DNA of 64,000 bases from assembly GCF_009914755.1 (NCBI RefSeq), contig NC_060927.1; one strand, written 5' to 3'. The notes beneath the pieces were generated by a model. It saw nothing but the letters and a program-made list of their open reading frames with translations, did not search any database and had not been told where the DNA came from. Source of the stretch: the human T2T-CHM13v2.0 reference genome, Homo sapiens. Both the position numbers and the translations under genes were made by a program. This document shows positions 1-12,899 of the stretch, piece after piece (the stretch's first letter is position 1; each line of letters starts with the position of its first letter).

Positions 1-420
<420 letters not shown>

Positions 421-566
421 TAGTGGAACGTTCAGTAAGCCTCCTTGAGAAACAGTGGGAAGATAAGGTATTTGGCTCAATCTCCTGACATAGTTAGCTT
501 GTGCTTGCTTTTCCGACTCATGTCTAACAGAAATAGCCCTCAGCATATTTGCAAACACAACAGTAA

Positions 567-625
567 CCTCAATCAAAGGGAAAACACTTGGATTACCCTC
601 AATCAAAGGGAAAACACTTGGATTA
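567..625. repeat. Two-copy tandem duplication, period 30 bp
   Basis: cctcaatcaaagggaaaacacttggatta occurs exactly at 567-595 and 597-625. Confidence 0.95.
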
Positions 626-2035
626 TCTCTCAGAATTATTGCTAACAAGTTTTACTTATTTGGATGCCAGTGACCCTTACTAAAGACTTGAGACTTGGAA
701 AAGAGGTCACGGAGGTGGTAGGGGAATGTGTTGACCCTGGCCCTCTAATATTCTGATTATATGTTTCTTGCTGCTCAGTCAGTTGCTTTTGGGGCTTTTT
801 ATTTTGTTTGAAATGCATCCTAGAGGGCAAAAAGATGTACCAGAAATTCCAGCCTTATTTGGAAGGGCCCTGTAGAAAGTGGCTTATCAATACTTAGCAC
901 TTTTCCACATGTACTACACAAGTATGCCTTATTTCAGGAAATTTGCAAAGCGGTAATCATATATTTCACCCTGTATTATAATAATATATTTTTCTCTTTC
1001 CTGAGTGTGATGTGCTGTCAACTATTTAGCATCTAATGTCACAAATTTCCAGCACTGCCAGATTAGAATGCCTCAAAGGCCTAATGACTCCTAAGTGGCT
1101 CACCGTCAGCTCGGTACAGCTAAGCAATTCCCATGCTGCTCAGGAGTCATGTATTATGCTGGCAGGCTGCCTCACTGGTGAGTTACCTTGAGACAAAAGT
1201 GTTGTCAACAGTGGAACAGTCAGTTTTTCCTTAAAGCCCTTTATTCACTCCTCTCCCCCAACTAGGTATAGCCGTATTTCTAGAGCAGCAATCACAAAGT
1301 ACACCTAGTGATTTTATCAGGATTTCTGGCTAAATTAACTTAAACAGCGACACGAGTGGAAATATACCTCCCTGGCTTCCCTGCCAGCCTACCCTGAGAA
1401 CATTCTGGCTTAATTTCTCTCTTTAACAAGACCAAGAAGACAGTCTTTTGCGTCTCCATGAGAAAAGTATTTACATATTCAGAAATCAGCTTGGCAAACC
1501 AGAGCTAAGAGTATGGGGAATAAACATTGTCTCTGTTCTTTTTTTCCTCTCAAAGTTGAGAATTAAATTCTTGAATATGATAAGAGCTAAAAGTTGGCAA
1601 AAGAGAGATGGCAACAGTGATGTGACATCTGTCAAAAAGTGTTGATCAGCGGAGGCCTCTCTGCCTACCTTGTGCACCCTTGGGCTCTCAGGTCCTTGAC
1701 AGGTGTTTCCCTTTTTCCGCCTTCCTTTCCCTGGACTGGCTTCCTGGGCTTGATAGGGGCAGATGCAAGCATTCCACAGCTTGCATTGCCTCATTTAAAA
1801 TGCACGGTGGGTAGAAATTAAAATTAAAATGAGTTCTTTTTTAAGCAAAAATGTCACCATTCTCTTTCAAAGATGATAACCTGAGTAATGACTATCAAGA
1901 GAAAAGATTGGTGTCAAATTATGAGGCTGTGCTTAGTGGGCTTATGATTTATGTATAGGAATACATCATTTTTTGACAAAGAGCAAGATGAGGTTGAAAT
2001 TGTATTTATTTGGCAAGCCAAACTGGCTTCTTTGA

Positions 2036-2339
<304 letters not shown>

Positions 2340-3849
2340 TCTTTTACTTTTAAGCCATTGGCATACATTTAATATGTCATATGCACTTACTTAATATTGG
2401 GTAGCAAGGACATATGTGTTCATGTTCAAAACTAGGCTAGGCACTCCTCTACTGGATCACACAGGAAGTCTCCAAACTATTCTAGGAGATGAGAGCTGTC
2501 TCTTTGTGTTGTGATAGGTATTCTAAGCCATTCATTTTGAGCAAGATTTCTTTAGCTGTTTTCTCTGTTTCTCTCTCTTTTCTATTGTTACAAAGAGAGG
2601 TCTATAACTTTTGCAAGTAGAAAAATTGGTCTAACTACCACTAGCTTTCTTTGGAAATGTATATTTGCTTTCTTCCTGTCTCTTTCTCACTGGCATGTTA
2701 TTTTAGCAGTCAAGCTATTTGTGTGTCAAAAATAAGTATGGTACATTTTCTAGTCTACCTTTACTAAGTAATAGTCATGAGTACAATCTCACATAAAATT
2801 TTGCAATAAGGAATTCAGGATAGGTTTTATTCTGCTTACTTCTCAAGAGAGCTGATTAAGTGAGAATCATTTGATCCAAATTCGTAGCTACTGCTGCCAT
2901 GTTGAGTGCGGGGTGTCTTGAAGAGTATAATCCCCACCTTCCCACCAATCCAGGAAGGAAAATATTGAAGTTCCACATCTACAGCGTAATCTCTGTGTTC
3001 TGTTTCTTCTTGTCATTTTCGTTATATATACAGACCCCTCAGGAGAGAACAACGGTTCTGAGTCATATTTCACATTGCAACTCGTGAAGCATAAGAAATC
3101 TTGTTTCAAGTTGTGAAGAGGAGATCTGCACAAACACTACATACCATACAATACTTACAAAATTTAAGTTTGTGGTCCCTTCTTGAGTCCCACATGTAAA
3201 AATCACAAATCATGCTTTTGTGCATTTAGATATTTTACCAATGCTATTTTTCTCCCATCACATGTTCAAGAAGATCTTGGAAGAAGAGATATGCCATACG
3301 GAAAGAACAATGTCTTTGAAACGATTCAAATGCTTAGTAAATCATTTGGCTTCTGAATACTTGTTTACTCTTTTGTGGAATGGAGATGGTGATACTGTCA
3401 TGAAGGGTTACTGTATGGTCTAGAAATCACTGGCGTTCAGGTAGGTAGACTCTTCTGAATCTGAGTCTACCACACTTTCCCTTGGCTGAGCATTATTCAT
3501 AGTAAACCTGTTGTCCTGGATAATCCTGGTCACATGCAGTGTCCAGTACTGTGTATTTGTGTGCGGTTCCTAATGTGTCTAGTCTAACAGCTACTCTCAC
3601 TGGTGTTCTGAGGCCCAGAACCTCTTAGAGCCAATGTGTTCTAGGTTTTCTAAGCTACTGCTTTCAATTCATGTTTTAAGCTATTTTTTTTTCTCATTGG
3701 TGAACATACAACTTTTGAAGTTCTGTTTCCCAGAGACTCCAGAGGCAGGCCTATGACTTGTTCATTCATCCATTCAACAAATATTTAGTCCTTTAACCAA
3801 CCCCATATGCCATACCAACATTTCTAGATCCCCTTTACACTGTACATCT

Positions 3850-4017
3850 TCTATTTTTTTAATGTATCATTAGCATATCATGCAACTTATTCTTTTTTAT
3901 TGCCTCTTGCTCCACTATAACGCAAGCTCCATTGGGACAGAGATCTTCATTTTATTCACTGATGCATCCCAAGCAAACACAATAATTCACAGGACATATC
4001 AAACATTTGTTGAATGA
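3850..4017 (+). mobile_element. L2 3' end
   Basis: gcaagctccattgggacagagatc ... caaacatttgttgaatga. Confidence 0.7.
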
Positions 4018-4277
4018 GTTTAGAATATATTATGTTTTAGGAACATGGGAACTGGTAAGTTATATTGCTCTTCCAGAGAACAGTTCATTCAGAAACTTTC
4101 TTGGTGTTCTTTAGAATTATTAAAGTTTCACATTGAGTATCCAGCTTCTTTCTTCTGTACACTAAAGCAAAGGTAACATCACATATTTTCTCTGAACTCC
4201 GGTAAGCTCTTGATCTCCTGTGGTCTGTGCCTTCATCCTCCTCCTCCTTATTATCATCATCACAGTTATCATCATCA

Positions 4278-4786
4278 TGTTAACTAGTCTGCTAGATGGT
4301 TTCCAATGGTCTTTGCCAATGGTCTTTACACAAGCGTGTAGTCCTCTCCCGTATTGAATAGGGATGATGTGTGTAACCAATAAGAGATGATTATGTGTAA
4401 TTTCTAAGGCTAGGTCATAAAAAATATTACAGCTTCAGCCTTTCTCTCTTAGATTATTTCCTTTAGGGAAACCAGGTTTCATGCCCTGAGGACAATAAAA
4501 CAGTCCTCTGGAGAGGTCCAAGGAGCAAGGAACTAAGGCCTTCTGCCAAAGTTCCTATGAATGAGCCATTTTGGAAGTGGATTTTCTAGCCCTTGTCAAG
4601 ACTTAGATGACTGAAACCCTAGCCAACATTTTGTCTGTAGTCTCGTGAGAAACTGAGCCAGAAACATCCAGCTAAACTGCTCCCAAAGTCCTGACACATA
4701 GGAATTGTGAGCTAATAAAAGATCATTGTTGTTTTAAGCTATTAAGTTTTGATGTAACTGTTACATAGCAGTAGATAACTAATGTA
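4278..4786 (+). mobile_element. MaLR solo LTR (MLT1F-like)
   Basis: ctaggtcataaaa, gagccattttggaagtggat, ccagctaaactgctccc, aataaa, tgttgttttaagc ... agcagtagataactaat 3' terminus. Confidence 0.8.
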
Positions 4787-4861
4787 ATCATCACTGCACT
4801 TCTTGAGTGCCTTCATGTACAAACAAGTATATGATTTCATTCTTAAAGCAAACATCTGAAT

Positions 4862-5255
4862 TGTCTTAGCCCATTTTGTGCTGCCATAATAGAATAGCTG
4901 AAACTTCATAATTTATAATGAACACAAATTCATTTGGCTTATGTTTCTGAAGACTGGGAAGTCCAAAAACTTGGTGCTGGCGTCTGGAAAGGGTCTTTGT
5001 GCTGCATCATTCCATAGCAGAAGGTGAAAGAGCAAGTGAGCATGCAGGACAGAGAGGAAAGGGGCCAAACTTATCCTTTTATCACGAGCCCACTCCCAAG
5101 ATAACTAACCCACTCCCATTATAATGGCATTAGTCCATTTATTATGGCAGAGCCCTTATGAACTAATCACCTCCTAAAAGTTCACTTCTCGATACTATGG
5201 CATTGAGGATTAAGTCAGGACACATGGCTTTAGCGGGCACATTCAAACTACAGCA
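4862..5255 (-). mobile_element. MaLR solo LTR (MSTD-like) inserted in a MIR
   Basis: Begins tgtcttagcccattttgtgctgccataa and ends cacattcaaactacagca (reverse of MST termini); MIR-like sequence on both sides (4787-4861, 5256-5370). Confidence 0.82.
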
Positions 5256-5669
5256 GTAGTTATATCCTCATTATACAGATGAGAAAGTGGAGGGTCAAAG
5301 GTGTTAGTTTACACTTCCAGGGAGTGGAAGAGAGAGAATTTGATCACAGAATTCATTTTTAATGACTATGCTATTTTGAGTAGAGTATAATCTTTGGAGT
5401 ATAAGGCTGCTTCTGGCAGAATGTCAGCATGGTACCTGAGAAACCTGGCAACCACAAATCACTTTCAATAATGTCCCTTTTCAGGTACAACATGCGAGCA
5501 CATAGGTACTTTGATTTTCAGGAATTATCGAAAGCTTCTCCAAGTCCCATAAGATAAATGCACAGGTTTTCTTTAATAAAAATCCATGGCTCATGCTAAG
5601 TTTTTAATTAACTAGCTAGTAAGGTAGCTAGTTCCTGATGTGATGGCATTGCAAGAAAAGAGAGAGACC

Positions 5670-5988
5670 GCTAGGCACAGTGGCTCACACCTGTAATCTC
5701 AGGGCTTTGGGAGGCTGAGATGGGAGGTTCACTTGAGCCTAGAAGTTTGAGACCAGCCTAAGCAACATAGCAAAATCCCATCTCTACAAAAAATAAAAAA
5801 ATTAGTTGGGTATGTGGCATGCACTTGTAGTCCCAGCTGCTTGGGAGGCTGGTGTGCCAGGATCACTTGAGCCCCGGAGGTTAAGACTGCAGTGAGCCAT
5901 ATTAGTGCCACTGTACTCCAGCCTGGGCAACAGAGAGAGAGAGATCCTTTCTCTCTAAAAAAAAAAAAAAAAAGGTTAAAAAAAAAAA
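5670..5988 (+). mobile_element. AluJ
   Basis: Diverged dimer with cacttgagcc in both arms, A-rich tail. Confidence 0.92.
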
Positions 5989-6859
5989 TCTTTGTCATTT
6001 CACAAATTCTTCACCAAGTCTAGCCTTCAAAGAGGGCACATTTCTTCAAAAGTAGGTGACCAATAGTGTCTTTCCCCTATTTTCCTGGGTTTGCTACTTT
6101 ATATTTTATCTACAAAATGGCTATATCCCATAAAGGAGGACAGAACAGAAGAAATCCATAAAAACTTGGTAAATCCCTGACCTGAACTTTATCCACTTCC
6201 ACTCTCCTATTGTGTTAGAATGCCTCTCAATCAGTCCTAAATAGGATTAAATGTAATTAAAGTAATTCTTCCAGCAGTACTCCATGAAAGCAATGTAGAT
6301 ATATGTTCTGATTGCTTAAAATGTTTACATGAGAATTAGACACAAAACTTCTGTCTGCAAAACAGGTGCAAAATTAAAATCTAACCGATGCATGCTTAAA
6401 GATAACAGCTTAATTTCCCCAAATTTATAAGCCACCTTATTTGCCATTTTTGTGCTCAATACTCCCATTGTCCTTTGTGTTTTAAATTCTTTTGCTGACT
6501 TATTTCCTGTGTCAGTTTTCCACAGTCAGCATCCTTTAAAATTGGCTTAGAATTTTGCTACAGAAAATGCTGAAAAATCCCTTGCTGATTGTGTATGGCA
6601 TGTACCTCACATAAAATATACCATATCTCATTTTCTTTCTGAATAATTCTTCTTATAATCATGAAATTACAATGGAGGTAGGAAAACTATCTAGAGATGA
6701 ACAAATGGTTGTTATAGGGTATATAATAGACTATTTTCCATGGTCACTAGCACTATATAAGACCTTGAACCTAAATTCGAAAAAGAAGGACACCAGTATA
6801 GAGAACCGAAGATTAGGTGTCAGCGCAAATAGCCAAATGGGAGATGTATTCAACAGGAA

Positions 6860-7290
6860 ATTTAATACACCAACAGGGTGTTGTGGCAGCCAATAAAGCT
6901 AATGGGCATTAACACAAGAATGCTATCTAGAGGAGGGTGATAGCCATACTCTGCTCAGACATTTGCTAGAATATTGCATTATATTCTAAATAGCAAAATT
7001 TTAAAGGAATAGAAACAAATGAAGCTATGTTCAGATAACAGAATTTAAGATAGCAGAGTATTTGAAATCTATGTCACATGAGAAGCATATTCAAATATTT
7101 AATGAGCTCTGTGTATTCAGGTTCACATTTTTAATCACATTTTCAGAATATAGACCTAGAACCTATGCATAGGAAAAAAATAGGCTGAATCAAAGGAAAA
7201 AATAAGGAGATAATTAGCTGCTTCAAGAGGTGTGCGTTTGCAGGTATGGGTGGTGTTCAAATACAGAAAACTACTTGAGAGGGAATGCAC
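6860..7290 (+). mobile_element. CR1/L3 LINE fragment
   Basis: gtgttgtggcagccaataaagctaatg ... ggagggtgatagccatactctgctcagac ... atgtcacatgagaa resembles the L3 ORF2 3' consensus. Confidence 0.6.
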
Positions 7291-7499
7291 ACGGATGCAT
7301 TATCTTTTAATGCACATTCACCTCATTCACTAATATGTTTTGCCCTATCAATGTCCAGGACTTGGGTCAATCAAACTGGCAAGTTCTTATTCCTGGGGGA
7401 AGGGTTTGTCTCAATGATGGCCAGGGCAGCAGAAGCACAGAGAAGGCTGGTTGCTATATCGTCTCTCCTCCCCACAATTTGTGAATTGGATTGGATAGG

Positions 7500-7675
7500 G
7501 GAGAACTGGAAAACTATTTGACAATAAATAGTAGGAAATTTAAAGATGTTCACATCATTTGACCCAACAATTTCACTTCAAGAGGTATAAAAGAAATAAA
7601 TAGGTGTTTGTAAGAGAACTTTACTTACAGAAATAGTCATCACAAAATTATTTATAATAGTGAAAAATAAGAGGA
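7500..7675 (+). mobile_element. Old L1 (L1ME-like) fragment
   Basis: tttgacccaacaatttcacttc ... ttatttataatagtgaaaaa. Confidence 0.6.
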
Positions 7676-7685
7676 GGAAAGCTTT

Positions 7686-8018
7686 TCCCTTTAGCAAATA
7701 TTTTCTGAGTATCTACTCTGTAACAGGTAATCTTCTAGGAGGTTGGGGTACATCAAAGAAAAAAAATAATTTTCTTGCTGTTACAGAGGTTACAGTCCAG
7801 TAGGAAGGATGAATGTAAATATAAATATCACAAATAATGATACAATGCAGTATGTTAGAAGGTGATAAGTGCTATGGAGGAAAATAAAAAAGCAGAGCAA
7901 AGTAATGAGGGTTGGGGTTGTCAGCTGCAGAGTGGCCAGGGTAGGGCTCTTTGAGGAGGTCACACGATCAAAGACTTGGTGAGGACATTAGCTATACAGA
8001 TATCTGGAAGGAAATAGC
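7686..8018 (-). mobile_element. L2 3' region
   Basis: agcaaatattttctgagtatctactctgt ... ggtgataagtgctatggag ... tttgaggaggtcaca. Confidence 0.75.
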
Positions 8019-8075
8019 AGTATGGACATTGATAAGAATGATTCAGTAGAAAATGAACAATTGATGAAATAGGAG

Positions 8076-8395
8076 TTTTTCTTCTTCTTCTTCTCCTTTT
8101 TTTTTTTTTTTTTGAGACAGGATCTCATTCTGTCCCCGAGACTGGAGTACAGTAGCATGGTCATAGCTCACGATAGCCTGAAATTCCTGGGCTCAGGTGA
8201 TTCTCCAACTTCAGCCTTCGGAGTAGCTAGGACTACAGGTATGCACCACCATATCCAGCTATTTTTTAATTTTTTGGTAGAGACAGGGTTTTGCTATGTT
8301 GACCAGGCTGGTCTCAAACTCTAGGCCTCAAGCAATCCTCCCATCTCAGCCTCCCAAAGTGCTGGGATTACAGGTGTGAGCTGCTGTGCCTGGCC
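8076..8395 (-). mobile_element. AluJ
   Basis: Pyrimidine tail then antisense dimer with cctgggctcaggtgatt and ggcctcaagcaatcctccc. Confidence 0.92.
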
Positions 8396-8555
8396 TGATT
8401 TATTTGATTAACATAGGAAAATGCTAGCAATGTAATACTCAATGAACCAAGCAAAGTATAAAGTCTATATTCAGTATTATAGCTTATAATTATGTATATA
8501 CATATATATTCATTTATTATATAAATATTTATTAAGCACCTATTTGTTTATTTTA

Positions 8556-8728
8556 TAAACATTTATATAGCACTTATATTCCAGGTACTATTCTAAGCAT
8601 TTCTAAATAGTAATGTCATTAAATCCTCACTAACTTTGAGAAGAAGGAGGATCTATTTTGACCTCATGAGTGGAAGAGATGTGAATTAATTATCCAAGAT
8701 CACATGATTAGTAAAAGCAGAGAATGGC
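8556..8728 (-). mobile_element. MIR
   Basis: catttatatagcactta ... ccaggtactattctaagc ... ccaagatcacatgattagtaa. Confidence 0.65.
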
Positions 8729-8827
8729 TTTCTTCTGTGTTCTTCATCCCTCTGGATTCTGTCTTCTCTTCGAAGAGTACTGTTAAGCTACTGGGGAGAG
8801 AATAAAACACAAATGTACGCTTAGAAA

Positions 8828-9146
8828 CGGTGGCTTATGCCTGTAATCCCAGCATTTAGGGAGGCCGAGGTGGGCGGATCACAAGGTTAAGAGATGGAGA
8901 CCATCCTGGCCAACATGGTGAAACCCCGTCTCTACTAAAAATACAAAAATTAGCTGGGCGTGGTGGTGCACACCTGTAATCCCAGCTACTCGGGAGGCTG
9001 AGGCAGCAGAATGGCTTGGACCTGGGAGGCGGAGGTTGCAGTGAGCCGGAGGTTGCAGTGAGCCGGAGGTTGCAGTAAGCCGAGATCGCCCTGCTGGACT
9101 CCAGCCTGGTGACAGAGCGAGACTCTGTCTCAAAAAAAAAAAAAAA
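8828..9146 (+). mobile_element. AluSc-like with internal 17-bp triplication
   Basis: gatcacaaggttaagagatggagaccatcctggccaacatgg; A tail; ggaggttgcagtgagcc repeated three times at 9031-9081. Confidence 0.93.
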
Positions 9147-9199
9147 TCTGAAAAGAAATTTGTCAAATATCAGTATTGATTTTTTTGTATGAATTATAG

Positions 9200-9550
<351 letters not shown>

Positions 9551-9606
9551 TAACAATAAATATATTTAACATTATAACTACTATCATATATATTTTTAAT
9601 AGTATA

Positions 9607-9988
<382 letters not shown>

Positions 9989-10070
9989 TTAGTTTCCCTT
10001 ACAGTCTTTTTTTTGTTCCCCGCCTCCCACCCCTCCTCTTAGCCATTTCTGGATACATAGTTTATTCGAT

Positions 10071-10257
10071 CAATACAGTGGCAAGAGCACTCTTCCGGAA
10101 GCAAAGTTCCCCAGTCCTCCTTCTGAGTTCAACAAACTCTGAATCTTTCAATGAGCTGCTTAACTAGCCTAGCCTTCAGTTTACTCTTTTGTAAAATTAT
10201 AGAATTGGACTATTTGTTATCTGGCTTCTTCTGTCTCTGACTTTCCCTGATTCTGTG
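10071..10257 (+). mobile_element. MIR (MIR3/MIRc-like)
   Basis: cagtggcaagagcact ... ccttcagtttactcttttgtaaaat ... tgattctgtg. Confidence 0.55.
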
Positions 10258-11934
10258 GAAGTTTTATTGTATTACTCTAACTAAAAGGCAAGTGATTCTG
10301 AGGTAGACATTGGAATACCAGTTTATTAGCTTGCAACAAAAACTAAGTGACATATGGACAAAAATCCTTGAAGCCTGTGTTATTCATTTTCTTAAGGCAG
10401 CCAAGCAATGAATGTACTGTTTTGTAGATCAAAAAATCGTCAAATATTATCAATTCATAAGGTTTAACTTAATACATGAAAAGACAATAATAATCCATGT
10501 ATACTTTATTGGTTAATTTTGAAATTACTATCATGTGTGTAAAAATACATGACATTCAAATAATTAGAAAATTCTACAGTATGGATTGACCAGCTTTGGA
10601 GTCAAAAGTATGCTTGTTGAGTATTGAATCAGAATAAGAGGCACAATCAAGCTACCTAAAGGTGTCAGAATAAGGTAGCCTGAAACATCTACATAACTAC
10701 CTGGAGATTCAAAATCTGTTGCCTAGAACTTCCATATGCCATTTCCACCTTAGGCGTAACCTTACCGGTGGAACTAAGAATGCTTGAAACCTGTTAAGTG
10801 TGGAAGTCTCCCTCTTTTTTGCTCACTGCCAAAGTTGGGTTCTGCCAAAGCTGAGAGCCCTATGCCTCTCCTTTCTCTTTGCTTCCTGGCTGGACCCAAA
10901 TTTCTTTTTTCTCTAGAAGATTGGCCCCTTTGGGTGACTCTGCATATCAATCTCCTTGTCCAGGTTGCCGTTTAATGCTCTAAAGTCCTTCTTATTTTAT
11001 GATTTTTCTGATTTTTGAAAGAGGAGAGCAATTCTCTATAACGCCCAAGAACTGATGTCACATTTTGCTCCTTTAGTGCAGTACAAGATCTTTTTGGGCC
11101 AGAAGTAACTTTTCTTCAAAATCTCAGGCTGGGAAGAAATTAAAGTTACCTATGAAGTCACTAGCATACCCAGGCACCTCTACAAAGATGTTACCAGCTA
11201 CTTTGCTGTCCAAGAAAAGAAGCACCAAATGCACCCGCAAATCAACTTCATAATTCACAGATGGGCATTATTGACAATGTACACCATCTGGCAGCTTCCT
11301 TTTTTTGACTAATTTGTCTTGCTAACTAGGCTCAGTTATGGTCTATGCTGCTGAGGAAGTGCCTGTGCTGTCAGCATGTATATATACACCAAGTTTTAAG
11401 ATTGAACAACAACCTTAAAATCATTATTTAGAAAGTTTTCTTTCTCTGAATTTTAGTTACCCAGCCCTAGATACTGCTTTGCTTTTATGTATGTATCCTT
11501 GGTTTTTGTATACATGATGTTGACTGGAAAATGTTAAAGGATTTTAAAAAATCAATGAGAAGAAATATCTGTGGGGTGCTGAAATACTAAATATTGGGAA
11601 ATTACAAAAGCCCTAAATTCCAAAAACCCAACTAAATATGCTAGCTATTGTCTGGCTTATAGTTCTAAACTCCTCATTTTATATGAATTCTGTAGACTCT
11701 CTGGGGTGGTCTACCCCTAACATTATTCTATGGTATTTCTATTCTGAAGATAGATATCATTAATCATACCTTTCTTCCTGCTCAATATCCTCTTTATTTT
11801 AACTAGGAAAAAGAAAATTATATTATCTCTTGGTATATAGTTGCTATAGAATTGATTAAATACAGTTTCAATAACTTTCTCATTATAGTTATACCTTGCA
11901 CTTTTTATGAGAAACTGTCTTGCCTATTGACAGA

Positions 11935-12473
11935 CTGTCAGATCTTTTTAAGTTATATGAGACAGAAACTTGACTCGAACTAGCCTAAGAAAAACACTAG
12001 CCTCTATTGATCCACTGCCTTGTAGAGAAGAAGAGCAAATGGCACCAGATATGACCAGATCCAGGACACAAATGGTATCTTCAGATTGCTTTCTCTCCAC
12101 TGCCCATCAGCTCTTCCTCTCATTTTGTGTTAACCTCAATCCCCCCTATTGCTTTCAAGCTTTCTTCTACCAGCAGGCAAGATAGCTGGTGTCCACCCCA
12201 TCCTGTAGGATACTAGCTTAGCATCTCCAAAGAAAAGGGAGCTAGCCCTTTCCTTTCAGTGTTCATATTGCAATCCAAGGAAAGTGCTCTGTTGGGCCCT
12301 GGTTGATCACTTAACTACCAGTGAACCAAGCATAGAAGCCAAAATGGGATGGTCTGCTCCCATGACCAAACCTTGGTCATTCTTTTGGCAGAGGATAGGG
12401 GATTAGGCAGTATTTGTCAGCAGAAAAGGAGAAAAGGATGCTTGCATATTAGGCATACAAACAGTAGCTACCA
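11935..12473 (-). mobile_element. Old MaLR LTR (MLT1K-like)
   Basis: agttatatgagacagaaacttgactcgaactagcctaag start; gatccaggacacaaatg; cagaaaaggagaaaaggatgct end. Confidence 0.55.
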
Positions 12474-12899
12474 TGGCTTACTGTACTATCTGAGAATAAA
12501 GGCATTTACAATATTATATCTAACTTCTCATTATAGTAGCCAACCACCCTAGATTTTCTGGAGCAATCCTGATTTCAAATACGCTATCCCACTGAGTGAC
12601 CATGTGATCAAAATTTTGTATTGGAAACGAAATCACTCCATCCTAAGGCTTGCAGTGATTGGCTTTCACAAAAGCATATTTTGATAGTTTTTACATGACT
12701 TAATCTATGTATTTCTTAAAGTTTTAATTAAAATGTACTAGTGCATAAATTCAAGAGGAACGTGATCAACAATAGGTGATAAAGAAAGTAGGAAAACACA
12801 ATTATAAAGAAAAAATAGTTTGAAGTTTTAGTGAGCCTTCAAACCTTGCCAGCAAATATTCCTAGCCATATATAAACTCGTATAACTCCCAAAACTGAC

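Noticed and set aside
567-625. CRISPR-like 29-30 bp direct repeat
   Set aside because: Only two adjacent copies with no spacer, in primate DNA with no cas genes.
1096-1125. tRNA A-box-like text (gtcagctcggtacagc)
   Set aside because: No B box at the proper distance and no cloverleaf; too short to support a tRNA or SINE call.
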